Translations under genes and position numbers: made by a program | Part shown: in pieces, positions 49,154 through 58,827 of the stretch | Numbering within the stretch: the first letter of the stretch is position 1 | Layout of the letters: each line of letters opens with the position of its first letter | The notes under the pieces: generated by a model | The model's input: the letters and a program-made list of their open reading frames with translations, nothing else | Databases searched by the model: none | What the model was told of the DNA's origin: nothing | Assembly (NCBI GenBank): GCA_964514565.1 | Contig: CAZERA010000002.1 | Span: forward strand, 1 to 64,000 | Direction: 5' to 3' | DNA length: 64,000 nt | DNA from: an uncultured Candidatus Peribacteria bacterium | Lineage (GTDB): Bacteria > Patescibacteriota > Gracilibacteria > RBG-16-42-10

Positions 49154-49702
49154 TTAATCAACCAAACTACCGAGCTCAGACTCGATCACTTTTTGCATAT
49201 CATTGAAAATCTCCCCCATACTTTCTTCCTCTGCATTGCTAAATCTAGCCAATACTGGAGTACGTCTTTCACTACCAGCAATGTAGTTTTCAGGTTGAAT
49301 ACCAATCCGAAAACGCAAAAACTTGTCGCTGCCCAGTGCAGCAATAATTGATTTGATACCATTGTGCCCAGCACTAGAGCCATCTTTGCGCACGCGTGTC
49401 TTGCCCCAGGGCAAATCCATCTCATCATAGACGATACCAAACTGAGTAGACTCTAGCTTATAAAACAATTTAATAATCTGAGCAGACTGACCAGAGAGAT
49501 TCATAAAAGTCTGAGGCTTTACCAACAGAATATCTTTACCAGCCAATTGGCCCTGGCTTACTTCTGCTTGGAAATGCTTGTCTAATTTGAACCGAGGGAA
49601 ATGCCAACTGGTCTGTAAACAATCAAGCATCAAAAAGCCGAGATTGTGACGGGTTCTTTCATATTCTTGGCCGGGATTTCCTAGGCCCATCAAGATAAAC
49701 AT
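49154..49702 (-). CDS. pth: Peptidyl-tRNA hydrolase
   Basis: GLGNPG..Y..TRHNLGF, KPQTFMNLSG, GHNGIKSI, RFRIGI. Confidence 0.96.
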   Translation of the reverse strand: MFILMGLGNPGQEYERTRHNLGFLMLDCLQTSWHFPRFKLDKHFQAEVSQGQLAGKDILLVKPQTFMNLSGQSAQIIKLFYKLESTQFGIVYDEMDLPWGKTRVRKDGSSAGHNGIKSIIAALGSDKFLRFRIGIQPENYIAGSERRTPVLARFSNAEEESMGEIFNDMQKVIESELGSLVD

Positions 49703-49710
49703 GGAGCTGC

Positions 49711-49744
49711 GAAGTAAGAAGTAAAAGGGAAGAGGTAAGAAGTT
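49711..49744 (+). repeat. Heptamer array family A (single arm)
   Basis: GAAGTAAGAAGTAAAAGGGAAGAGGTAAGAA, identical over 31 nt to the reverse complement of 19803-19833. Confidence 0.85.
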
Positions 49745-49758
49745 TGCTGACTAAATTT

Positions 49759-51087
49759 TTAGCCTTTTTTGTTCCTATATAACGGGATGTCCTTGAATGG
49801 AAGCTTTTGCTTACCGATGTGTACCATAGCGTTGTGGGCTTCTTTTTCTCTTCTCAGTAATTTCATGATACCCAGTTTATGGAAGATATCGTAGAGACGA
49901 GCTAGGCCTTCTAGATTGGTAACATCAGTCATATTAGCAATCTGTTCTATTCTTTGTCCTTTGATTTGAATCACATCTGGTTCGAGACGATCAATGAAGA
50001 ATGACTTGGCAGCATTCTCCAAATGCGGACGCAATACCGGAATCAAAGTAGGATCGACATCTACTGGCACATCATCAAAACGCACCTTTGGTAAGGTTGA
50101 TAACATTGTCCCTACTTTGTAGAGCAATGGATTGAGTCCTTGATGAGCTACAGATGAGATAGCGTAGACATCTTTCTTTTTCTTAGCGATTTTGGCTTCA
50201 CACAAAGTATCAATCAACAGCGCCACAGTATCTTCGTCGATAGTATCTATTTTGTTGAGTACAATTATTTCTGGTTTTTCTAAAATTGCCGGATCAAATA
50301 ACTCCAACTCTTTTCGAATAGCATGATAATCAGCCACAATATCATTTGATTGCACATCCAGAATATGAAGAATGACACGAGTGCGTTGAATATGCTTCAA
50401 GAATTCCACACCCAGTCCTTTGCCAGCATGCGCGCCCTCGATCAAACCTGGGATATCAGCTACCACGAAGTCATAATCATCAAAACGAACTACACCTAGA
50501 TTGGGAATAAGAGTAGTAAAAGGGTAATCAGCAATCTTTGGCTTGGCATTGGAAATAACTGAAATCAAAGTAGACTTACCTACTGATGGATACCCCACTA
50601 ATCCCACATCAGCAATCAATTTAAGTTCAAGTTCTAGTTCCTTTTTATCACCATCTTCACCAAGCTCAGCAAACTCAGGAGCCTGACGAATAGCAGAGAC
50701 AAAATGTTGGTTACCATATCCACCACGACCACCAGCAGCGATCAAAACTAGCTGTCCTGGCTGTGAAAGATCAGCGACCACAACACCATTTTCTTTTACA
50801 ACAGTACCGACAGCCACTGGTAAGATTAAGTCAGTACCATGAGCACCAGTACAGTTATTACCACCACCTGGCTCACCATCAGTTGCTTTGAAAAACTTAT
50901 AAGTACGAAAATCACTCAAGGTGTTCACATTGTCACTGGCTTGAAAGTAAATATCTCCACCTTTGCCGCCATTGCCACCGTCAGGTCCACCAAAAGGAAT
51001 AAACTTTTCTCGACGAAAAGCGATCAGGCCATTGCCTCCTTTTCCTGCTTCTAAAGTTACTTGTGCGTAATCACAAAAGATTGCCAT
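49759..51087 (-). CDS. obgE: GTPase ObgE/CgtA
   Basis: FRREKFIPFGGPDGGNGGKGG, ADVGLVGYPSVGKST, IADYPFTT, DIPGLIEGA. Confidence 0.97.
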   Translation of the reverse strand: MAIFCDYAQVTLEAGKGGNGLIAFRREKFIPFGGPDGGNGGKGGDIYFQASDNVNTLSDFRTYKFFKATDGEPGGGNNCTGAHGTDLILPVAVGTVVKENGVVVADLSQPGQLVLIAAGGRGGYGNQHFVSAIRQAPEFAELGEDGDKKELELELKLIADVGLVGYPSVGKSTLISVISNAKPKIADYPFTTLIPNLGVVRFDDYDFVVADIPGLIEGAHAGKGLGVEFLKHIQRTRVILHILDVQSNDIVADYHAIRKELELFDPAILEKPEIIVLNKIDTIDEDTVALLIDTLCEAKIAKKKKDVYAISSVAHQGLNPLLYKVGTMLSTLPKVRFDDVPVDVDPTLIPVLRPHLENAAKSFFIDRLEPDVIQIKGQRIEQIANMTDVTNLEGLARLYDIFHKLGIMKLLRREKEAHNAMVHIGKQKLPFKDIPLYRNKKG

Positions 51088-51100
51088 AAAAAATCACAGA

Positions 51101-52696
51101 TTATAATGTTGCTTCTAGTAAAGCTTTGAATAAAGGATGCGGAATAGAGGGTCTGGAGAGAAACTCTGGATGAAACTGTACACCAACCATAAAGGGATGA
51201 TCCTTGATCTCTACAATTTCCACCAAATCCAATTCAGGATTGATACCGGCAATCACCATACCAGCTTTCTCTAGTCTTTGGCGATAGTCATTATTAAATT
51301 CATAACGATGACGATGACGCTCTTGCACTTCTTTGAGACCGTAAGCAGCCGCTGTTTTGGTCTTGGGTGTGAGCTTACAGTCATAAAGACCAAGTCTATT
51401 TGTACCACCTTTGTCCGTGATGTATTTCTGTGATGCCATCAAATGAATCACTAGGTCCTTTGATTCTGGATTAAACTCTTCTGAAGTAGCTTGATCCAAA
51501 TGCAGTAAGTTCCGAGCCGCTTCAATCACCATCATTTGCATCCCCAAACATAGTCCCAAGTACGGAATCTTATTTTCGCGAGCATACTGGGCAGCCAAAA
51601 TCTTACCTTCAGTACCACGCTGACCATAGCCACCAGGCACCACGATCGCATCCAGCTCTTTCAGCACATCAGTGCCTTTATCTACTATTTGCTGAGCATC
51701 GATTCCCACAATTTCTGCTTTGACTCCAACTGACCAAGCAGCAGCGCGAATAGATTCCAGCACACTAAAGTAAGCATCATTGAAACCGACGTATTTAGTA
51801 ATCAAGCCAATCTTCTTTACTTTCTTGGCCTTGTGTCTCGCGGATTGTAATTCAATCCAGTGCTTCAAATTTGGTTCACGATATGCCAAACCAAAGTGCT
51901 GAGTGAGCGTGAGGCCCACATCATACTTTTCAAATCCTAGTGGCACATCATAAATAGACTCGGCAGTCACGGCAGGAATCACTGCTTGCTCAGGTACACC
52001 AGAAAAGAAAGCAATCTTTTTGAGAATATCTTTGGGTAAATCATAATCTGCCCGTGCAATAATCATATTGGGACGCAGACCAATCCGACGTAGTTCACGC
52101 ACAGAGGCCTGTGCTGGCTTAGTTTTAAGTTCTTTTGAAGCCATTAAGTAAGGTACCAAAACCACATGAACAAAATAAATATGCTCCCTGCCCACATCTT
52201 CACTAAGCTGACGAATCGCTTCTAGAAAAGGTTCAGCTTCAATATCTCCAACAGTACCGCCAATTTCTACAGTGACAATGTCAGCCTTACTATTCTGAGC
52301 AGCCTCTAATATTCGCTCCTTGATCGCATCAGTGACGTGAGGAATGATCTGAACATCTTTACCGAGATACTCACCTTTTCGTTCCTTGGCTAATATCTTG
52401 GTATAAATTTGCCCTGCTGATACTGAAGAATATTGATTGAGTGCGATATTGAGAAAGCGCTCATAGTGGCCTAAATCCAAGTCAGTTTCAGCACCATCAT
52501 TAGTCACAAAAACCTCACCATGTCGAAAAGGATTCATGGTCCCTGGATCGACATTGAGATATGGGTCAAACTTCATGGGGAAAACACTATACCCCATCCC
52601 TTGGAGAATAGTGCCGAGTGAAGCTGCTGAGATTCCTTTACCTAAACCTGAACACACACCCCCGGTCACGACAATAAACTTTTGAGGCGTTTTCAT
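51101..52696 (-). CDS. pyrG: CTP synthase
   Basis: VTGGVCSGLGKG, DPYLNVDPGTM, GLCLGMQ, RHRHRYE, QFHPEF. Confidence 0.98.
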   Translation of the reverse strand: MKTPQKFIVVTGGVCSGLGKGISAASLGTILQGMGYSVFPMKFDPYLNVDPGTMNPFRHGEVFVTNDGAETDLDLGHYERFLNIALNQYSSVSAGQIYTKILAKERKGEYLGKDVQIIPHVTDAIKERILEAAQNSKADIVTVEIGGTVGDIEAEPFLEAIRQLSEDVGREHIYFVHVVLVPYLMASKELKTKPAQASVRELRRIGLRPNMIIARADYDLPKDILKKIAFFSGVPEQAVIPAVTAESIYDVPLGFEKYDVGLTLTQHFGLAYREPNLKHWIELQSARHKAKKVKKIGLITKYVGFNDAYFSVLESIRAAAWSVGVKAEIVGIDAQQIVDKGTDVLKELDAIVVPGGYGQRGTEGKILAAQYARENKIPYLGLCLGMQMMVIEAARNLLHLDQATSEEFNPESKDLVIHLMASQKYITDKGGTNRLGLYDCKLTPKTKTAAAYGLKEVQERHRHRYEFNNDYRQRLEKAGMVIAGINPELDLVEIVEIKDHPFMVGVQFHPEFLSRPSIPHPLFKALLEATL

Positions 52697-52728
52697 AGAC
52701 TAGCAACTAAGAAAAAATCGAAATGATA

Positions 52729-54216
52729 CTAAAGCAATCGGAAACTAATTGCCACTAGCTTAGCAAACTCAGCTCTAGAAATAATATCATTTGGTCGCTC
52801 GATTGTTTTTTGTGCTTTCAAGCCATAAGCTTTTTGAATAATCTTCAGAGCTTCTGAGCGAGTAAGTGAACGATAAGGAAAAAAGTTCTCTCCTTGACCA
52901 CTAACAATCCCCCGGGCTTTAGCAGTAGCCACCACTCCACTAAACCATTCTTTGCCTGGTACATCTTTGAAGGCAGGTAAGGTAGGGAATGTAGTGGCCG
53001 AAATTTGCCCTGCCTTGAGTACAATCTTCAATGCTTCAGCTCGACTAAGTTCTTTCTCAGGAAAGAACTGGTTGTTAACACCCTGTACTAGGTCATTGGC
53101 ACGCAATGCTTGAATATATTTGTATGCCCAGTGATCATTGGCTACATCAGTAAAAGAACCAGTCTTCAAAAGATCTTTCCGTTGCTGAACTAAATATGGC
53201 CAAATAGTTTTGTCTTCTCCCCCCAAACGCCAAAAGATCACACCGCTGACAGGATATTGTGATGACAATGTCCACTTCTCACTAATACTTTGTTTGTTTT
53301 GAAAATAAACAATACGGGGATCATCGGGATCTCCAGCTTTAGCAGCTGGCTTTAGGTAATTGAAAAAAGCTTCTTTATCTTGGTCATTCCACTGAATAGC
53401 TGGTTTAAATTTCTTCAATAAATATTCCACATCATCAAATGTGACTGCATAGGTCTTTTCAGTCTCACCCCAGTTGTAACCATAGAGTGGCATACCAATG
53501 ACGAGCTTCTCAGCAGGCACCTGTCCTTTGGCAAAATCTAATATGGTCTGTAACCAAGGCTTAGAAGAAATTGCGCCAGCAGTAGTACTGCCACTGTAGT
53601 GCTCGTCATAGGCCATGATCCGAAAACGATCTACAGCCAAAGCAATCTTTTTCCAATCTTGTGATTGCACTGTCTCCCAAGGCCCCGGATCAGCAGACTT
53701 GGCCTGAACAGCTACAGTAAGGAATTTGTTTTCTTTGTGAAGCTCAATCGATAGGGCATTCAGTAAAGCAATGAAATTATCTTTATTAGGCAGCTTCAAA
53801 CCTTCAAAATCAATATCAAAACCGTCATAGTTAAACTTCTTCACCAAAGCCATGATCTTTTTCACAAAAGCAGTACGCTTCGCTTCATCTCCCATTACAT
53901 TAGAAGCTAAATTGTCCTTGAAACTATTAGTAATACTAGGAATCACTTTGATACCCAGGGTATGAAGCTCATTTACAAAGTCTTGATTTTCACCACCGTT
54001 ACTGACACCAATTGAACCATCGTCATTGAGGTAATACCAAAAAGGACTGATTTCATTAAACAAGTTTGGATAAGCTTCAATAGTAGCTTTCCCTTTTTCA
54101 AAATCCCAAGATGGCAACCAGGCTGAAACAGATGGAGTTACGGTGGAAAAAGCTAAAGCAGACGGCACGTTGGTCAGCAGGCTAAATGCTGTAATTAGTA
54201 TGGCAATTTTTTTCAT
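52729..54216 (-). CDS. Secreted glycoside hydrolase family 18 with C-terminal SLH domains
   Basis: Signal peptide; YDGFDIDFEG (DxDxE), IMAYDEH, GMPLYGYNW, WRLGGED; FTDV..HWA / FKDV...WF / SRAEF SLH repeats. Confidence 0.9.
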   Translation of the reverse strand: MKKIAILITAFSLLTNVPSALAFSTVTPSVSAWLPSWDFEKGKATIEAYPNLFNEISPFWYYLNDDGSIGVSNGGENQDFVNELHTLGIKVIPSITNSFKDNLASNVMGDEAKRTAFVKKIMALVKKFNYDGFDIDFEGLKLPNKDNFIALLNALSIELHKENKFLTVAVQAKSADPGPWETVQSQDWKKIALAVDRFRIMAYDEHYSGSTTAGAISSKPWLQTILDFAKGQVPAEKLVIGMPLYGYNWGETEKTYAVTFDDVEYLLKKFKPAIQWNDQDKEAFFNYLKPAAKAGDPDDPRIVYFQNKQSISEKWTLSSQYPVSGVIFWRLGGEDKTIWPYLVQQRKDLLKTGSFTDVANDHWAYKYIQALRANDLVQGVNNQFFPEKELSRAEALKIVLKAGQISATTFPTLPAFKDVPGKEWFSGVVATAKARGIVSGQGENFFPYRSLTRSEALKIIQKAYGLKAQKTIERPNDIISRAEFAKLVAISFRLL

Positions 54217-54224
54217 GAAAGTGA

Positions 54225-54322
54225 GTTACGAGTTGAAAGTGGAAAGTTGAAAATTGAAAGTTTTTATAGAGCCGGAGCCAGGCTTCAGTGAACTTTCCAC
54301 TTTCCACTTTCAATTTTCAACT
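54225..54322. repeat. Heptamer inverted-repeat element, family C (GTTGAAA/GTGGAAA)
   Basis: GTTACGA GTTGAAA GTGGAAA GTTGAAA ATTGAAA facing AACTTTCCACTTTCCACTTTCAATTTTCAACT. Confidence 0.85.
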
Positions 54323-54339
54323 GCTCCCTGAATCTACAA

Positions 54340-56025
54340 TTACATTTTTTCTGGCACCTCGATTCCTAATAAAGCCAAACCTTTTTCTACTATGAGCGAG
54401 ACCTGATCCAACAAAAATAAACGAGCCGCTTTTTGCTCAGGCTCTGCTTTAACAACAGTAACGTCGTTGTAGAATTGATTGAACATAGCAGCAATAGCCA
54501 AAAGATATTGGGCAAGCACATGAGGTTGATAACTATCAGCTGCTTTTTGTACTACCGTTGGAAATCGACTAAGTAGTGAAAGGATATGATGCTCAATAGG
54601 CAAAGTGAAAGCATAATCTCGACTAGTCACTCTAGCGTATTCACCTTTTCGCAAAACACTTTGAATACGGGCATACGTATATTGAAGGTATGTGGCTGTA
54701 TCACCTTCAAAATTAAGGGCAGTATCCCAAGAAAATACGATATCACCCGATCTGTTGTGCACTAAATCATTAAACTTAATTGCTCCAATCGCCAACTTCC
54801 GAGCAAGCTCAGTTCGCTCAGCATCAGTTAATTCAACTTTACGATCAGCCAAAATCTGATTTGCACGTTCGATACCTTCATTGATCAGTTTGCGCAAATA
54901 AACAAAATTGCCTTTTCTAGTAGACATCTTCCCCTCCGGCAAACGAACCAAGCCAAATGAAGCTAAGGTAAAGTGACAGTACCAACCAAGTTTTTTAGCT
55001 GTAGCAAACAAAGAGTCGAAATGGAGCTTTTGTGACATATCCACGAAATAAACCATTCTCTTCAGACCAGGATACTGAGTCAAACGATACTCAATAGTAG
55101 CTAAATCACGAGTAGAGTAGAGTGAAGAACCATCTTTCTTTTGAATATAAAAAGGTGGCATGGCCTTACCAAAATCGATGTAAATAGCGCCATCATCACT
55201 AGTAGCAGTTAAACCTTTTTCCTTACAAAGCTCAATAATATGACTCAACCAAGGCGTATAGAAAGATTCACCCAACTCAGTATCATGGGTGATACCCAAA
55301 ATCGCATGCATGTCGTGAAATTCCTGCATACTGGAATTATAAAACCACTGCCACAAACGTTTATTCTCAGGATCACCTTGTTCCAACTTCGCAAATTCCG
55401 CTCTTGCTTGATCTGTCAGTGTAGGATCCTTTTCCTCTTCTTCGTGAAACTTAATATAAATCTTCATCAACTCATTGATCGGATCAGCTTGAATTGTCGC
55501 TTCATCACCCCACAAATGAAACCCAACGATCAGCTTACCAAACTGTAATCCCCAGTCTCCCAAGTGATTATCAGTCACGACATTCCACCCCAAAGTACGA
55601 TAGAGATTGGCACAGGCCTGACCAATAATATTACTGCGTAGATGACCGACCGTCATTGATTTAGCGATATTTTCAGCTCCATATTCCAACAAAATCTTCT
55701 TTTGAGCATTCTCAGGTAAAAGTGGGGCAAAACCAGCATCAATTAATTCCAATAAATACTTCTCAGTAAATGTCACATTAATAAAACCAGGTCCCGCTAC
55801 CTCAATAGTAGCAATCTCAGAAAAATCCTTCGCTTTGAGTGCATCCACTAAAGCAGTCGCCACTTCACGAGGATTCTTTTGAAGTTGTTTAGCTAGCTGC
55901 ATGGCAATTGGCAATGCCACATCTCCAAAGGTGATTTCTTTGGGAAATTCAATCAAAACATCTTCAGGAGTTTGACCATACAATTCATGCACGATCTCTT
56001 TGAGTACTTGAGGAAAATACAACAT
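54340..56025 (-). CDS. argS: Arginine--tRNA ligase
   Basis: AGPGFIN, NIAKSMTVGHLRS (HIGH-like), HLGDWGLQFG, KMSTRKG, YLQYTYARI, C-terminal EKM. Confidence 0.96.
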   Translation of the reverse strand: MLYFPQVLKEIVHELYGQTPEDVLIEFPKEITFGDVALPIAMQLAKQLQKNPREVATALVDALKAKDFSEIATIEVAGPGFINVTFTEKYLLELIDAGFAPLLPENAQKKILLEYGAENIAKSMTVGHLRSNIIGQACANLYRTLGWNVVTDNHLGDWGLQFGKLIVGFHLWGDEATIQADPINELMKIYIKFHEEEEKDPTLTDQARAEFAKLEQGDPENKRLWQWFYNSSMQEFHDMHAILGITHDTELGESFYTPWLSHIIELCKEKGLTATSDDGAIYIDFGKAMPPFYIQKKDGSSLYSTRDLATIEYRLTQYPGLKRMVYFVDMSQKLHFDSLFATAKKLGWYCHFTLASFGLVRLPEGKMSTRKGNFVYLRKLINEGIERANQILADRKVELTDAERTELARKLAIGAIKFNDLVHNRSGDIVFSWDTALNFEGDTATYLQYTYARIQSVLRKGEYARVTSRDYAFTLPIEHHILSLLSRFPTVVQKAADSYQPHVLAQYLLAIAAMFNQFYNDVTVVKAEPEQKAARLFLLDQVSLIVEKGLALLGIEVPEKM

Positions 56026-56063
56026 GCCACAAAAGTAAAAGCAGGCTTAAAATAGCAGTGAAA

Positions 56064-56165
56064 CTTGCGAGTGGAAAGTTGAAAGTGGAAAATTGAAGGT
56101 TATTTGCCGGCCTCCATCTGATTGGTGAGCCCAATTGTTAATTGTAAATTGTCACTTGTTAATTT
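56064..56165. repeat. Chimeric repeat locus: family C left arm plus family B right arm
   Basis: CTTGCGA GTGGAAA GTTGAAA GTGGAAA ATTGAAG (56064-56098), then TAATTGTAAATTGTCACTTGTTAATT (56139-56164), identical to 47703-47728. Confidence 0.8.
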
Positions 56166-56190
56166 ATATTCCCACTACTCATTCCACTTC

Positions 56191-57129
56191 ATGCCAGCGA
56201 TCAAGGTCAAACATCTTTCCAAGACATTCGAACAGCATACTTTCTGGGGCAAAATCAAAAAAAGCTTCACAGCGGTCAATGACATTAACTTTTCGATTGA
56301 ACAAGGAGAATTTGTCGGATTCTTAGGTCCCAACGGTGCAGGAAAAACTACTACACTCAAGATGTTGAGCGGTATCCTGGTACCAACACAAGGCGAACTT
56401 TCAATATTAGGCTATACCCCCCAAGAACGCAAAAATGCATTCAAAAAGAAAATCAGTATGGTGATGGGTCAAAAGTCTCAGCTGTGGTGGGAATTACCTC
56501 CTTTAGATACTTTTGAGTTATTCAAAACGATTTACCAAGTCGATCCTGTTCATTACCAAAAGCAACTAGATAAATTAGTCAGCCTCTTAGAGGTCACTGA
56601 CTGTCTCAATACGCCGACTAGACAGCTATCTTTGGGCCAACGCATGAAGTGTGAGCTGATTGCTGCTTTAATCCACGATCCAGAAGTTTTATTTCTCGAC
56701 GAACCTACTATCGGACTAGATTATCAGTCCCAAAAGAAAATGCGAGAGTTTTTACGGGAGTACAATGCAGAAACCAAGGCAACTATCTTGCTCACGTCGC
56801 ATTATATGAATGATATCAAAGAGCTTTGCCCAAGGATAATTGTGATCAACCATGGCAGTTTAATTTATGATGGCGAATTCAAGACTCTAGAAAAACAGGT
56901 ACTGACCCATAAAGAGATTCAATTAGAATTAGCAGATGACAATCACTACACCGAGTGGAGCAACCTAGGTGAAGTGACAGCACAAACTGAAACCAGCATT
57001 ACAATCCGAATCCCTAATGCGGCGGTCAACGAAGTACTAGGCATCATCACTCAAAAAGCGCACTGCCAGGACATAAAAATCATTGACCCAGAAGCAGGTG
57101 AAATTATTACTAGCCTCTTGCGCCAATGA
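56191..57129 (+). CDS. ABC transporter ATP-binding protein
   Basis: GPNGAGKTT, LSLGQRMKCE, FLDEPTIGLD, LTSHYM; ATG at 56191. Confidence 0.93.
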   Translation: MPAIKVKHLSKTFEQHTFWGKIKKSFTAVNDINFSIEQGEFVGFLGPNGAGKTTTLKMLSGILVPTQGELSILGYTPQERKNAFKKKISMVMGQKSQLWWELPPLDTFELFKTIYQVDPVHYQKQLDKLVSLLEVTDCLNTPTRQLSLGQRMKCELIAALIHDPEVLFLDEPTIGLDYQSQKKMREFLREYNAETKATILLTSHYMNDIKELCPRIIVINHGSLIYDGEFKTLEKQVLTHKEIQLELADDNHYTEWSNLGEVTAQTETSITIRIPNAAVNEVLGIITQKAHCQDIKIIDPEAGEIITSLLRQ

Positions 57130-57923
57130 TGTCCTGGAAGCAAGCTAAGATCATCTATGGTGGACTAGCCTTAGCTTACAAAAAAGAAGGCAAAGCTTTC
57201 TTCTGGGACAATATTATTTATAGTGTACGAACCCTAATCGAGCCGCTTGTACTCTTAATATTTTGGCAAACTATTGCATCAACCAGCCAAGCGACTGATG
57301 TTAGTTCAATCACTATTTACTTCATTAGCGCAGCACTAATACAACGATTTGGTAGTAGCTGGATCGGTGAAGATCTGAAGCGACGAATTCAAACTGGTGA
57401 ACTAAGCCAGTACTTGCTCACTCCTGGCAGTGCAATCCTCAACTTTGTCACGTTTGAGCTTGATCTCAAACGAAGACGATTGATGGTCACGATTCCAGTT
57501 ACTATTATTCTGTTTTTATTATTCTTGCCATATCTCAGCTACACTCCGCACTATTTACAATTATTAGCACTGCTGATCGTACTTCCCTGTAGTTACATTA
57601 TTTTCTTTTGTCTGCGCATGATGATTGCTTGTTTAGCATTTTGGTTTTTCAATATCTCAGGCTGGGAGGATATCTCCAATGCGATCGAACCTTTTTTAGA
57701 TGGATCATTTATTCCGCTTATTTTCTTGCCCACTAGTATTGCGACTGTGCTAAAAATACTACCCTTCCGCTACATCTATAGTTTTGCCTTGGAACTAATC
57801 AGCTTTGATCTGCCAAGAAATGAAGTGATCTGGAGTCTTTTTACTATGCTGGGATGGACCGTGATCTTAGTATTTTGTAGTTACTTTGTGTGGCATAAAG
57901 GATTAAAACACTACAATGGCTAA
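57126..57923 (+). CDS. ABC-2 family permease (DUF990-like)
   Basis: 6 TM, IQTGELSQYLLTP, GSFIPLIFLP, LPFRYI. Confidence 0.85.
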   Translation: MMSWKQAKIIYGGLALAYKKEGKAFFWDNIIYSVRTLIEPLVLLIFWQTIASTSQATDVSSITIYFISAALIQRFGSSWIGEDLKRRIQTGELSQYLLTPGSAILNFVTFELDLKRRRLMVTIPVTIILFLLFLPYLSYTPHYLQLLALLIVLPCSYIIFFCLRMMIACLAFWFFNISGWEDISNAIEPFLDGSFIPLIFLPTSIATVLKILPFRYIYSFALELISFDLPRNEVIWSLFTMLGWTVILVFCSYFVWHKGLKHYNG

Positions 57924-58725
57924 ACCATTTCCCAAAATCCGCCTCTATCTGACCTTGATTAAGCTTTTTTGTAAGAAAGCTTTGAAAGAATTGAGTCTAC
58001 GCAGAAATAATATTGCGCTATTTCTGATCTCATTTTTGATCAATACAGCAGGTAATATCGCTTTTCTTTTAATCACCTTTCACAATCAAACCTTTATTGC
58101 TGGCTGGGGATTTTACAATATGCTCATTCTTTTTAGCACCTATCGGGTCACCAATGGCTTCATTAATCTTTTCCTCAAAAGAAATATTGAAGACATGATC
58201 AATACTGTCCGCAAGGGTGACCTGGATCTGTTACTGATCAGACCTGTTTCACCCTGGTTTTTATTGAGTTTTACCCAGATGACTGCTACTCGGATCGCCG
58301 ACATAGTGACAGGCTCAATCCTGATTATTTATTGTTTATTCTTTATCCAATGGACTTTCCTCAGTTTGTTGCTTTACGCTGTTTCTGCCCTCATCGGACT
58401 GACCCTCATTTCTTGCTTATACGTGCTAATTAGTTTTACGGCATTTTTCAACACTAAGGAATCTACTCTGGAATTCTTTGATAAAACCATCCGAGCCTCC
58501 AACCGTGTCCCACTCAGTATGGCCAACGACACAATTAAATTCATCACTTTCTGGATCTTACCGTTAATGTTTCTTTCAACTCTACCAACTGAAATACTAG
58601 AAAACCGTCATTATAACGCTTTATTACTAGTAACATGCGGACTAATTTTAGTCACCGTATACATCCTACTCACGAGAACAGTTTGGCAATTCTGCATCAA
58701 AAGATACGGCTCAGCCTCCAGCTAA
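57916..58725 (+). CDS. ABC-2 family permease (DUF990-like)
   Basis: VRKGDLDLLLIRPVSP, C-terminal KRYGSASS. Confidence 0.85.
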   Translation: MAKPFPKIRLYLTLIKLFCKKALKELSLRRNNIALFLISFLINTAGNIAFLLITFHNQTFIAGWGFYNMLILFSTYRVTNGFINLFLKRNIEDMINTVRKGDLDLLLIRPVSPWFLLSFTQMTATRIADIVTGSILIIYCLFFIQWTFLSLLLYAVSALIGLTLISCLYVLISFTAFFNTKESTLEFFDKTIRASNRVPLSMANDTIKFITFWILPLMFLSTLPTEILENRHYNALLLVTCGLILVTVYILLTRTVWQFCIKRYGSASS

Positions 58726-58738
58726 AAGATTCTCAAAC

Positions 58739-58771
58739 ACTTCTTACCTCTTATCTCTTACTGTTTACCTC
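58739..58771 (-). repeat. Heptamer array family A (single arm)
   Basis: ACTTCTTACCTCTTATCTCTTACTGTTTACCTC. Confidence 0.7.
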
Positions 58772-58827
58772 GTTTGCACCAGAGAAACATGCTATCATCC
58801 CCGACGTAAATACCCCCTTTACAAAAC

